From the NCBI RefSeq assembly GCF_006345805.1, contig NC_043021.1:17484001-17548000 (forward strand): 64,000 bases of DNA, in the 5' to 3' direction. The notes beneath the pieces were generated by a model, which was not told where the DNA came from, searched no databases, and was given only the letters and a program-made list of their open reading frames with translations. Position numbers and translations under genes: made by a program. Each line of letters starts with the position of its first letter. Within the stretch, counting starts at the first letter, position 1. Below are positions 13,676 through 26,917 of the stretch, in pieces. This DNA is from Octopus sinensis (lineage: Eukaryota).

Positions 13676-14132
13676 GGATCTTTTCGGTTTGAACGCCAGT
13701 TCTTTTAGCGGTGTCATATGAAATTGTCACCCATAATTATGACCCTAGTATCGATCTATTGCATTGCAATCTGTTTTAGGGTTAAGGGTGGGGGGAAGGG
13801 TATCTTTTTTTCTTCACAAATGTAAATAAACCCAATCTGTTTCTTAAACCAGTGACATATTCATACGGCACAGAATGCTTTTTTAACTCAATAGACGTCA
13901 CTGATTGGTTGAAATTGCAGAAATTGAAGAAAAAACAACAACAAATATCTTACAAACTATAGAATTTTCCCAATAAAACCAAGAGAAAATATCTTACAAA
14001 CCATAGAATTTTCTCAATAAAGCCAAGAGAAAAAGATGTTTCATAAACACATTCTACCAGTATACGAAATTTAAAAGTGTTTAGTTACGTGGAAATTGTT
14101 TTAAAAAACTGCCGTTCAAACCGAAGAGACCC
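13676..14132. mobile_element. MITE with ~30 bp GGATCTTTTCGGTTTGAACGGCAG TIRs
   Basis: TIRs at both ends; flanks caaaatgg/ccaaatgg (8 bp, 1 mismatch). Homologous copies at 50294 and 54110. Confidence 0.85.
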
Positions 14133-14139
14133 CCAAATG

Positions 14140-14450
14140 GTACAAGAACGCAAAACATCCGGACAACTAATTGATACAAAAATGGACAACAAAACATCCA
14201 GATAGACGATACAAAACAAAAAATACGAACGGGTCATTCGAAGCTTTCTATCATCAGTCAAGAACCGGATCATCCTCGCAATTTCGGCTGAATATTCTTG
14301 AGATTGCTCCAATCTGGCCAGCCCCAAGGAAAAAACTAAGTTAAGAGCATTAGATTCCTTGGAAGAAAGTATCGAATGTATACGAAAACAAGGACGGAAA
14401 AACGAACGGTGTTACACAAATATAAATACAAAATACAATAAAAAACATAT
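14140..14450 (-). repeat. Unclassified interspersed repeat X
   Basis: 14233-14450 is the reverse complement of 17252-17467; a third partial copy lies at ~46386-46520. Confidence 0.75.
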
Positions 14451-14460
14451 ATGTATTTAC

Positions 14461-14844
14461 GGTGGGGGCGCAATGGCCCAGTGGTTAGGGCAGCGGACTC
14501 GCGGTCGTAGGATCGCGGTTTCGATTCCCAGACCGGGCGTTGTGAGTGTTTATTGAGCGAAAACACCTAAAGCTCCACGAGGCTCCGGCAGGGGATGGTG
14601 GTGATCCCTGCTGTACTCTTTCACCACAACTTTCTCTCACTCTTTCTTCCTGTTTCTGTTGTACCTGTATTTCAAAGGGCCGGCCTTGTCACTCTCTGTG
14701 TCACGCTGAATATCCCCGAGAACTACGTTGAGGGTACACGTGTCTGTGGAGTGCTCAGCCACTTACACGTTAATTTCACGAGCAGGCTGTTCCGTTGATT
14801 CGGATCAACCGGAACCCTCATCGTCGTAACCGACGGAGTGCTTC
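14461..14844 (+). mobile_element. SINE family C, full length
   Basis: tRNA head (tggcccagtggtt / ggtttcgattccc); 15-bp TSD catatatgtatttac (14446-14460, 14845-14859). Confidence 0.92.
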
Positions 14845-14930
14845 CATATATGTATTTACGTATGTAATTAAAAAGGTGTGTGACGAAGGGAGATAACGTA
14901 TATATTTACAGGAAGAACAAAGAGTTAACA

Positions 14931-15190
14931 TCATCATCATCATCATCATTGTTCGACCGTGGTCGAGACAATGGAATTTACTATGCTACGCCAGACTTCA
15001 CGGTCCATCATGGCATTACGGAGGTCCTGTTGCTGGATGCCTGTATCCCTGGAGATTACATCAGGGTTGGAGAGTGTGCGCCCTCTGGTACTGCGAGTAG
15101 ATGGCTTCCAGAGGAGAAGAGTAGAAATTATCTCTTTTTCAGCTCTACAACAATGTCCACCAAACTGGACTCTCCTACCTTTCACAAGAG
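14931..15190 (-). mobile_element. RTE LINE, 3'-terminal ~260 bp
   Basis: Encodes LVKGRRVQFGGHCCRAE..VSTTVEQ* plus (TGA)n tail; TSD aagagttaaca (14920-14930, 15186-15196). Confidence 0.9.
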
Positions 15191-15892
15191 TTAACACAAA
15201 CGACAGCAAATATGCTGCCCTATTGGCCAAATATCATTGCAATTTCGACACTATTCAACCAATATTTTTCAGTTTACCAGCGTCAGTAAGGACAGAAAAA
15301 AGATTTATGGAAGTGACAGTTAGAGGGGAGGAAAAGAAACCCCATCAGTACAGCGAACAGTGAGAACTAATTTTGAAGAGGACGGGAGAATCGGATTATA
15401 CAACTTCATTTCATTTATTATTTATGTGATAACTATATATTGATTAGCTAATGAATAAGTGGTTCGTGATGTTTGTACTTAAACCCCTGGAAACAGCTGT
15501 CGAACGTAATGGCGAAGTTTCGAAATGTCAGTGAGAACTTTGTTTTGTATTCTTTGGAATATTTTGTTCAAGACATTCCTTTTTTAGCCAAGTTTAACTC
15601 CGTTGTCATTCCTGCTGTGGTTGTTGGATTGAAAGTCAGAATGTATTGAAATTTAATGACATGTTGAAGAAAGGAACTCTTCAGAAATCCATTGCTTACA
15701 TTTTCATTGCGCATAAAAGTTAATCACACACACACACACATACACACAGTATCGAAACTGCAATGATATTTGGCCAATAACTGATAGGGCAGCATATTTG
15801 CTGTCGTTTATGTTAACTCTTTGTTCGTCTTGTAAATATGTACGTTATCTCCCTGCGTCACCCACCTTTTTAATTACATACGTAAATACACA

Positions 15893-17251
15893 CTCTTTTA
15901 CTCTTTTACTTGTTTCAGTCATTTGACTGCGGCCATGCTGGGGCACCGCCTTTAATCGAGCAACTCGACCCTGGGACTTTATTCTTTGTAAGCCAAGTAC
16001 TTATTCTTTCGGTCTCTTTTGCCGAACCGCTAAGTGACGGGGACATAAACACACCAGCATCGGTTGTCAAGCGATGTTGGATTGGACAAATACAGACACA
16101 CAAACATATACACACATACATATATATATACATATATACGACGGGCTTCTTTCAGTTTCCGTCTACCAAATCCACTCACAAGGCTTTGGTCGGCCCAAGG
16201 CTATAGTAGAAGACACTTGCCCAAGGTGCCACGCAGTGGGACTGAACCCAGAACGATGTAGTTGGTAAACAAGCTACTTACCACACAGCTTACCACTACT
16301 TTCTCGATCGAGGCCGGAATACTGCAGGGAGACACACTCGCCCCATTTCTTTTCATCATTGTTGTTGATTATGTGCTACGTATGTCAGTTGATACCATCT
16401 CTGGCAAGGGCTTTGAAATAAAACCAAGAAGAAGTTCCAGACACCCAGCTGAGTACTTGACAGACACTGACTTTGCTGACGACATCGCTCTTATCAGTGA
16501 TTCTCTCTCCAATGCCCAGTCTCTTTTACAATCTCTTGAACAAGCCTCAAATTGTGTAGGTCTTTACCTCAATGAGGCCAAGACTGAATACATAAACAAG
16601 TGCCTGTCCAACAGTGATTGCATCATCCACACTCTCAACAGTGCACCTTTAAATATGGTTTCTGATTATAAATATCTTGGGTCATACATATCATCATCTG
16701 GAAAAGACTTTCTAACTAGAAAGGGTATGGCCTGGTCAGCCTGTAATGACATGCATAAGATCTGGTCATCAAATCTAAGTAGAGACTTCAACTTGAAATA
16801 TTCAAAGCCACAGTCGAACCAATCCTACTATATGGCTCAGAAACCTGGACGTTATCAAAGAAGCTTGAGAGGCGGTTGGATGGAACCTACACTCGCCTCC
16901 TTATGAGAGCTCAAAATCTCTCGTGGAGGCGCCATCCAACTAAAATGCAAATATATGGGAAATTACCACCTGTGTCATCTCTTGTGAAGGGTAGGGAGTC
17001 CAGTTTGCTGGACATTGTTGTAGAGCTGAAAAAGAAGTAATTTCTACTCTTCTCCTCTGGAAGCCATCTACTCGCAACACCAGAGGGCGCACACTCTCCT
17101 ACCCTGATGTAATCTCCAGGGATACAGGCATCCAGCAACAGGACCTCCGTAATGCTATGATGGACCGTGAAGTCTGGCGCAACATGGTAAATTCCATTGT
17201 CTCGACCACGGTCGAACAATGATGATGATGATGACCACACAGCCACTCCTG
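15893..17251 (-). mobile_element. SINE family A split by an RTE insertion in its A box
   Basis: SINE at 15893-16289 resumes as cactcctg at 17244-17251. Confidence 0.88.
16290..17233 (+). mobile_element. 5'-truncated RTE-clade LINE (RT C-terminal half, frameshifted)
   Basis: GILQGDTLAPFLF, DFADDIAL and YKYLGS motifs; (TGA)n tail; TSD accacacagc (16280-16289, 17234-17243). Confidence 0.93.
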
Positions 17252-17467
17252 ATATTTTTTATTGTATTTTGTATTTATATTTGTGCAACATCGTCTGTTT
17301 TTCCGTCCTTGTTTTCGTATACATTCGATACTTTCTTCCAAGGAATCTAATGCTCTTAGCTTAGTTTTTTCTTTGGGGCTGGCCAGATTGGAGCAATCTC
17401 AAGATTAATCAGCCGAAATTGCGAGGATGATCCAGTTCTTGACTGATGATAGAAAGCTTCGAATGAC
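17252..17467 (+). repeat. Unclassified interspersed repeat X (inverted relative to the 14233 copy)
   Basis: Near-identical reverse complement of 14233-14450. Confidence 0.75.
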
Positions 17468-17776
17468 ATACACACATGTATGTATGTATGTATGTATGTA
17501 TGTATGTATGTATGTATGTATTATGTATGTATGTATGTATGTATGTATGTATGTATGTATGTGTGCATGTATGCTGATGCAAACAGGAAAAATAGAACTC
17601 AAAATATGCGTATATATATATATATTAATATTTAGAAGTAACAGAGAGACGGAAAGTGCGAAAGTTTCGTGCGTTGGCACTTAACACACGAAACTCTCGT
17701 AAATTGAGTCACTCTGTTACTTCTGCTTAATAAATATATATAGATATAGATATAAGTGAAAAAATGTATAGTAAAT

Positions 17777-17919
17777 TCGCAGGAGCTTGCTTACCAACCA
17801 CATGGTTTCGGGTTCAGTCCCACTGCGTGGCATCTTGGGCAAGTGTCTTCTGGCTATAGCCCCGGGCCGACCAATGCCTTGTGAGTGGATTTGGTAGACG
17901 GAAACTGAAAGAACCCGTC

Positions 17920-17974
<55 letters not shown>

Positions 17975-18197
17975 GTGTGTGTGTGTGTTTGTATGTCTGT
18001 GTTTGTCCCCCTAGCATTGACAACCGATGCTGGTGTGTTTACGTCCCCGTCACTTAGCGGTTCGGCAAAAGAGACCGATAGAATATGTACTGGGCTTACA
18101 AAAAAATAAGTCCCGGGGTCGATTTGCTCGACTAAAGGCGGTGCTCTAGCATGGCCGCAGTCAAATGACTGAAACAAGTAAAAGAGTAAAGAATAAG
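17777..18197 (+). mobile_element. SINE family A (A box deleted) with 35-bp TSD
   Basis: Perfect duplication agatatagatataagtgaaaaaatgtatagtaaat at 17742-17776 and 18198-18232. Confidence 0.9.
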
Positions 18198-18394
18198 AGA
18201 TATAGATATAAGTGAAAAAATGTATAGTAAATGCTCAAACAAAAAAATGGACGCAGACTGGCAAGTTAAAAAAAACGTATAAAAATGCACAAACGAATGG
18301 TAAAACGTATATTAAGTGCACAAACGGACACAGAAGGTCCCAAAATTCCTCATCAGTTATCAACCAGAAGGTAATTACACAGTTTCGCGCCACT

Positions 18395-18780
18395 TGGAAG
18401 CACACCGTCGGTTACGACGATGAGGGTTCCGGTTGATCCGAATCAACGGAACAGCCTGCTCGTGAAATTAACGTGTAAGTGGCTGAGCACTCCACAGACA
18501 CGTGCACCCTTAACGTAGTTCTCGGGGATATTCAGCGTGACACAGAGAGTGACAAGGCCGGCCCCTTGAAATACAGGTACAACAGAAACAGGAAGTAAGA
18601 GTGAGAGAAAGTTGTGGTGAAAGAGTACAGCAGGGATCACCACCATCCCCTGCCGGAGCCTCATGGAGCTTTTAGGTGTTTTCGCTCAATAAACACTCAC
18701 AACGCCCGGTCTGGGAATCGAAACCGCGATCCTATGACCGCGAGTCCGCTGCCCTAACCACTGAGCCATTGCGCCTCCAC
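18395..18780 (-). mobile_element. SINE family C, full length
   Basis: TSD tttcgcgccact (18383-18394, 18781-18792). Confidence 0.92.
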
Positions 18781-19099
18781 TTTCGCGCCACTAATGATAA
18801 GACTGCGATGATTCTAAACCGGCGGCGTCGGTGATGATACGGCAGAGAGATCCTTGTTTGTGTACACGAGTAGTTTGGTGTCGAGTGGCCAAACTGGTGG
18901 CGACAGAATAACATTGGAACCTGTCTCGTTCAGGGCGTGTATCAGCTAATGAATCGAGTTTTTGGACCTTAACTATTGAGTAAAGGTGACGAACGGTGAT
19001 AACATAGAAGCGTCCCATCTGCTAGGCTATTTCCCCCAATGGATCGGAGCGGATCATCGTGGAAGAGCTGGTTCAATCAATACTCATCGAACTGAAGTG

Positions 19100-20280
19100 G
19101 GCATCCGGAACGTGGAGAGACTACGTGGTCGTATTTCCGTTGACGGAACGTGGAGAGTCCGTGAGATCGAATTTCCTTCAACGGAACATGGAGAGTCCGT
19201 GAGATCGAATTTGCTTCAACGGAACGTGGAGAATCTGTGAGGTGGAATTTGCTTCAACTAGGCTTACAAAGAATAAGTCCTGGGGTCGATTTGCTTGACT
19301 AAAGGCGGTGCTCCAGCATGGTCACAATCAAAATGACTGAAACAAGTAAAAGAGGCTGTGAGATCGAATTTGCTTCAACGGAACATGGAGAATCTGTGAG
19401 GTGGAATTTCCTTCAACTAGGCTTACAAAGAATAAGTCCTGGGGTCGATTTGCTTGACTAAAGGCGGTGCTCCAGCATGGTCACAATCAAAATGACTGAA
19501 ACAAGTAAAAGAGGCTGTGAGATCGAATTTCCTTCAACGGAACATGGAGAATCTGTGAGGTGGAATTTCCTTCAACTAGGCTTACAAAGAATAAGTCCTG
19601 GGGTCGATTTGCTCGACTAAAGGCGGTGCTCCAGCATGGCAGCAGTCAAATGACTGAAACAAGTAAAAGAGTAAAAGAGTCTGTGAGATCGAATTTCCTT
19701 CAACGGAACATGGAGAATCTATGAGGTGGAATTTCCTTCAAACTAGGCTTACAAAGAATAAGTCCTGGGGTCGATTTGCTCGACCAAAGGCGGTGCTCCA
19801 GCATGGCCACAATCAAATGACTGAAACAAGTAAAAGAGTAAAAGAGTCTGTGAGATCGAATTTCCGTCGACGGAACGTGGAGAGTCTGTAAGGTGGAATT
19901 TCCGTCGACGGAACGTGGAGAGTCTGTGAGATCGACTCTCCATCCACAGGACGTGGAGAGTCTATGAGGTGGAATTTCCTTCAACGAAACATGGAGAGTC
20001 TGTGAGATCGAATTTGCTTCAACGGAACATGGAGAATCTGTGAGGTGGAATTTCCTTCAACGGAACGGGGAGAGTCTGTAAGGTGGAATTTCCGTCGACG
20101 GAACGTGGAGAGTCGGTAAGGTGGAATTTCCGTCGACGGAACGTGGAGAGTCTGTGAGATCGACTCTCCATCCACAGAACGTGGAGAGTCTATGGAGGTG
20201 GAATTTCCTTCAACGGAACATGGAGAGTCCGTGAGATCGAATTTCCGTCGGTGAAACGTGGAGAGTCTATGAATTCGAAT
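19100..20280 (+). repeat. 38-bp minisatellite with four embedded SINE-A tails (higher-order repeat)
   Basis: Unit gtgag(atc/gtg)gaatttcc(ttca/gtcg)acggaac(a/g)tggagagtc(c/t); SINE tails start at 19259, 19418, 19577 and 19744. Confidence 0.9.
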
Positions 20281-20667
20281 ATCGCTTCCTTGAAGCGTGA
20301 TACCCATTTCTATACAGTTCTTTCGGAAAAAAAAGGAAAAAAAAAAAAAGGGAAAAGAAAAAAAAAACCGCCCTTTTCTGTACAAATCACAAATGTGTCG
20401 AACAAGTTTTGGCAGCTTCGGAACGTTGATTGAAAGCAAAGACAATCAGGTGTCGGAAATGTAAAAAAAAAATTTTCTACCTGGCACTCCACCGTCATAC
20501 GTCGGAAAAGATCTAAAATTTATTCAAATTTCAAAAGCGATCAGCAAAAGCTGCAGAGGAAGAATTGAGCAAGAAAAGAAAAGAAAAGCAAAGAAACAAA
20601 GATAAAAGAAATATCTAATAACCTAATGTTCCATTTACCGATATTTTTATTTGTCGGTCAGGAGGGA

Positions 20668-21015
20668 AGGCGCGTGGCTTAGTGGTTAGTGGTTAGTGGT
20701 TAGGGGGATTCGGCTCACGATGGTAAGGTCGTGAGTTCAATTCCCGGCGACGCGTTGTGTCCTTGAGCAAGACTCTTTATTTCACGTCGCTCCTGTCCGC
20801 TCAGCTAGCGGAAATGAGTAGCGCCTGTATTTCAAAGGCGGAGCAGGGAAAACCTTGTTACATTCGGTGTCGTGCTGAATCTCCTCGAGAACTATGTCAT
20901 GGGTACACGAGTCTGTGGAGCACTCAGCCACGTGCCGGTTAATTTCACGAGCGGGCTGTTCCGTTGATCGGATCAGCAGGAACAATCATCGCCCTCACCG
21001 ACGGAGTACCAGTTC
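20668..21015 (+). mobile_element. SINE family D (tRNA head; 3' part related to family C)
   Basis: tggcttagtggtt / gagttcaattccc boxes, ccttgagcaag block, ttaatttcacgagc..gctgttccgttgatcggatc tail. Confidence 0.8.
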
Positions 21016-21951
21016 CTATTTACACACTATTGGTTACTCTAGGTTATTTCGTTTAATGCACACGCATGCGCGTGCGTATTTATACATCTGTAAGTCGTAA
21101 CGTAAACACATACAGTCCTAGAATCAATATTTACACTCTACCCCTGTATTGAGTTCTTTCTCCTCTTGCTTGTAAACTGAAATGACACTCTTGTGTTTTT
21201 CTTCGTCACGACATATGAATGAGAAAGGAAGGGATGATTGATGAATAAGGAAGGAAGAAAGGGGTGATGGCAAACTTGGTAGTGGGATGATAGAAGTTCT
21301 ACAGTGAAAAAAAAATCAAACAGCGTTTCAACTCTGCTTGAGTATATGTGTGTGTATATAAAAGGGAGTCATGTGAATATGTGTGAGAGTGTGTGTGTGC
21401 TCGCGCAATGGAAGTGGGATGGTGAACATTCAACGTTGAAAAGAAAAATCAAACAGCGTTTCAACTCTTTGTGAGTATATGTGTGTATGGGTGTGCGTGT
21501 ACAAGGGAAGTATGTGAATGCTTGTATCTGCGATTATTATGTACCTTATTTTGTACCTTATTCATATATAAATTACTACAATTAGCTGTCAGTTTTGACG
21601 GCACGGGGGTCAGCTAGTATATTAATAAAGCCGTTTTATTTCTTATACATAGAGGTGTAAGGTAAACGTACGGAGATGTGTTTTGGTAAAGACACATTTT
21701 CAGCTTCACTATGGACAACCAGAGAAAAGCTATCTGTCGGGCTTGTTTCGGTCTTTGTTGCTTCGTCAGATGTTCGTTAATTAGTTTTTGTTTAAGTCTA
21801 TAAATGGAGAATTATAACATCGCTATTTATAACAGATACAAACACGGAAAAAATTGAATTATTCTACCGAGACCTGATTTCTATACAAGTACAAAACGAC
21901 CTCACATATTTTATGTATGTATGTATGTATGTATGTATGTATGTATGTATG

Positions 21952-21988
<37 letters not shown>

Positions 21989-22007
21989 CTGTCTCTCTGT
22001 CTCTCTT

Positions 22008-22039
<32 letters not shown>

Positions 22040-22046
22040 CTCATCT

Positions 22047-22082
<36 letters not shown>

Positions 22083-22469
22083 ATATCTATATAGTTACCT
22101 ATCTATCTATCTGTCTATCTATCTATCTATCAATCTATCTATCTGTTCTGTCTGTCTGTCTGTCTATATAGCTGGCTAGCAACCTACAGTCGTAGATGAT
22201 TTTCACCGTCATACAAGCAGTGACATTCGTTTCCAGTATTCAGCGAAAAACATGTCTGGCCATAGCATGGTGCTGGTGTGGTGGTGGTGGTGGTGGTGGT
22301 AGTGGTGATGCTGCTGGTGCCGGTGGGTTGTCACGTTGCTTGGAAACGAGTGTGGGCTGGTGACAAGAAGGGCATCCGGCTGCAGAAAACCTGTTTCAGT
22401 AAACATCGTCCGACCTTAACGCAAGTGTGGAAAAATGGACGTTACACCGACTTTGATAACGATGCAGAT

Positions 22470-22567
22470 GACGATGATGACGATGATGATGGTGATGATG
22501 GCGGTGGTGATGATGATGATGATGATGATGATGATTGATGATGATGATGGTGATGGTGATGATGATG

Positions 22568-22628
<61 letters not shown>

Positions 22629-22670
22629 CGACGACGACGACGACGATGATGATGGTGATGATGGCGGTGG

Positions 22671-22702
<32 letters not shown>

Positions 22703-22790
22703 GTGATGATGATGGCGGTGGTGATGATGATGATGGTGGTGATGATGATTGATGATGATGATGGTGATGATGATGATTATGACGACGACA
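22470..22790. repeat. (GAT)n compound microsatellite
   Basis: Direct repeats; source of the poly-D/H/M ORFs. Confidence 0.95.
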
Positions 22791-23369
22791 ATGAAAAACA
22801 ATGATGATTATATATATATACGTATATGCATACAATTGTGCTTGTGTGAGTGTGTGTGTATATATACATATATGCATGCGTATACTTGTTTCTGAATATA
22901 AGTATATATGTATACTCACACCTACACACACAAATACACACACAACACACACACACATACTCTCTCTCTCTCTCACACACACGCACGCACACATATACAC
23001 ACACACCTTAAATAAAGCATTTATTTAGTTTTGTTTTATCGGGGGGGGGTTTTCTGCTTTTTTTTGTTTTGTTTGTTTTTTGCTTTTCGTACGTTTTTTT
23101 TTTTCTTGTCCTATTTTTTCCCTTCCCACCGTCATTCATTATACTGCAATATCCCCCGCCCACCACCACCACCACCTTTTTTCCTCTCCATCACACACAC
23201 ACACGCACGCACATACACGCACGCACGCACACACACACACGCGCGCATACACACACCCAGTATGTCTACCTTCCCTTTCCTCATTATGATTTTTTTTTTT
23301 TCCTTTATTTTCTTCTTCACTTTTTTTTCTCTCTCTTTTGATCTTTTCTTCCTTTCTTTTTCCCCTTCT

Positions 23370-23400
<31 letters not shown>

Positions 23401-24223
23401 TTCTGACCAGCAGGTCTTCCTTATTTCATCCTCCCCCTTTCCTACATCTCCTTACTTCCACCAGCACCGCCACCTCCTCCTCCTGCCTCCGCCTGCCTCC
23501 TGCCTCCTTAATTTTTACTCCTCCGCCCTTCCATACTTTCTCCACAGTTGATCGTACAACAACAGACCTATAACGTTTGTTGCGCGCAACATACACACAC
23601 ACATATTCATACACCCAAGCACACAAACTGATTTACACAGACACACACGCATACAAAGACATACATATACATATATATATATATGCACACGCATTAACAA
23701 ATGCGCACTTTCACATTCATAAACATATAATTGACATATATATACACAAACAAGAACGAACACAAACACACATATGCATATACGCACACACATACTCACG
23801 CATACACGCATGCACACATAGGTACATACATACATACATACATACATACACACGCCACAGTGCACACTTGAAGTGAGAAAAATAAGCAGGGGAAGAATAG
23901 ATACAGACATACATACAGAGATATACCCACACACTCTTAATACAGACACACATACACACACACAAATACGCAAGCGCGCGCGAACGCACGCACGCACGCA
24001 CATACGCGCGCGTATTTTTAGACAGATCCAAGCTTCGGTATTGACATATCTACATGTGTATGTCTATATATGTATATATATACATTGTATATATAATATA
24101 TATATATATATATATATGATATATACATTACGAATATATACATGTATGTAATTACATGATATATATATATATATATATAGTATATATATACGTATATATA
24201 TATGTATGTACATAGATGTATAT

Positions 24224-24266
<43 letters not shown>

Positions 24267-24437
24267 GCATATACATATATTATATATCTATACACATATT
24301 ATATATATATGTATATATGGTATGTATCTATGTATATTATAGGGATGTATTGTATGTATGTATGTATATATATATATTATGTAATATGTATATTATATAG
24401 ATGCGCGCACACTCACATACATATTATAAATAAATAA

Positions 24438-24489
<52 letters not shown>

Positions 24490-25156
24490 CATACACACAT
24501 ATATATAGATATATGCGTATATATGTATATTTATATGTATATATGTGTATTTCATATATACATACATACATACATACACACATACATACATACATACATC
24601 ATACATACATACATACATACATACATACATGCTACATACATACATACATACATACATACATACATACATGCATGCATGCATGCATGCATATTAGATATTT
24701 GAAGTCTCACGACATGCGTTCGAATGAAATCTTTTCTTATCAAAGATTTTCCATAATTCCTTGCTTTACTGGTCCTTCGTGGTGTGTTTGGTAAAAGAAC
24801 CCTTCACAAAGTCCATTAACGCTCCAAGACTTTCGCGGGTCTTCATCTTCTGAAATAACACGAAACGATACGACAGTTTTTATCTTTATCAATGCATTTT
24901 AAACCTTTAATTGTTTTTTTTCTTCTTTAATTTCCTGATTTCAAGTGTGTGTGTATTGTATGCATTTATATAAGAATATGTGTGTGTATACACACACGCG
25001 TGTGCGCGCACATATGTAAAGACAAACACACACACACACACACATGCATATATACGCTTGTATGTAATGCATGTTTTGTTGCTATGTGAAGTTATATATA
25101 AAACTAATATATAGTATATATATATATATATATATATTATTATTATATATATATTA

Positions 25157-25230
<74 letters not shown>

Positions 25231-25343
25231 GCACGCATATATATATACACGCATATATATGTATATCTATACATATACGCTCACACGCACAACACATATA
25301 TATTTATATATTTATATATATGTATATGTATGTATGTGTATAT

Positions 25344-25419
<76 letters not shown>

Positions 25420-25665
25420 TGTATGTATGTATATATAAACAATTTGAGATGGAACTGAGAAATCAGTCGCTATTAGTAAAAGTACATATTTGTTGGTAAG
25501 CCGTAACTTCGAAGTCACTAATATTTTTTTTCTTGGGAAAAAAATTATGTACGTTTAGATGTATGCATGCATGCATGTATATATGTATATATATATATAT
25601 GTCGATATAAGTGTGTGAATGTATCTGAAAGTATGTGTGCATACATACATACATACATACATACA

Positions 25666-25699
<34 letters not shown>

Positions 25700-26494
25700 C
25701 ATATATATATGTACATGTGTGTATATGTACATATACGCATACGTCATATACTGTCACCTATATTTGCTCGGTTTCATTCACATAACTCGATTCACAATAC
25801 AGACACAACCACACCATAAACCCACAGACGCACCAGCACACACACACACGCACACACAGACACGCACACACGCAAGCACACTGTTACACAATATTTCAGA
25901 CACCAGTCCGTCCTTCTCTGTCTCTCTCTATCTCTCTCTCCCACTCCCTCTTCTTTTACCATCCACCACAAACATACACATACTTATATACATTAGGACC
26001 TTTCACACGCGCACACACACACATAGACACACACACGCACACACACGCACACACGCATACACGCACACACACATTACATTCACTTTACAACTTCCTTTAA
26101 ACTGTAGCTCGTCCTCTCCCATTTTCTCTCTACCTCCGTCTCCCTCCCCTTCCTCCTCCTCCACTGCTCTTTCTACCTCTCCCCTTCCTCCTCTCTTCTC
26201 TCTCTTTAAAATCTATTTTTGGCTCCACTCTCTTCCTCTCTTTCCTTCCTTGTCTCATAACTTTCACCTACTACTCCTGCCTCCCACTCCTTCATTGTTT
26301 TCCCTTCTTTTTCTTCTTGCTTTCTTCCTTGCTTTCATCCTTGCTTTCTTTCCTTCTTTCTTTCTTCTTTCTTTCTTTCTTTTTTTCTTTCTTTTGCGGG
26401 GTTTTTCTAATTTGTCTTCAGATTTTTCTCATTCTGTCTCTCTATCCGACATAGCTCCAACCATCACACACACAGACTCTCGCACACATCTATC

Positions 26495-26503
26495 TGTCCA
26501 TTC

Positions 26504-26555
<52 letters not shown>

Positions 26556-26666
26556 GTCTCTATATATCTACCTCTCTCTCTCTCTCTCTATTTATCTATC
26601 TATCTGTCTGTCTCTATATATCTACCTGTCTCTCTTTCTCTCTATCTATCTACCTATCTATCTATT

Positions 26667-26735
<69 letters not shown>

Positions 26736-26846
26736 GTCTCTATATATCTACCTCTCTCTCTCTCTCTCTATTTATCTATCTATCTGTCTGTCTCTATATC
26801 TACCTGTCTTCTCTCTTTCTCTCTATCTATCTACCTTCTATCTATT

Positions 26847-26880
<34 letters not shown>

Positions 26881-26882
26881 TC

Positions 26883-26917
<35 letters not shown>

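Noticed and set aside
17440-17467. CTGATGA..TTCGAA in repeat X (also 14233-14275 and CTGAAGA at ~46438) as a hammerhead
   Set aside because: No GAAA after a credible helix II, no NUH triplet and no helix I, in any permutation I could build.
19100-20280. CRISPR-like repeat/spacer appearance with palindromic repeats
   Set aside because: The 'spacers' are near-identical SINE tails, there are no cas genes, and the context is eukaryotic.
21740-21775. Minus-strand CTGACGA-a..GAAAC with hammerhead spacing
   Set aside because: Helix II and helix I do not pair and there is no UH triplet; at most a heavily decayed copy.
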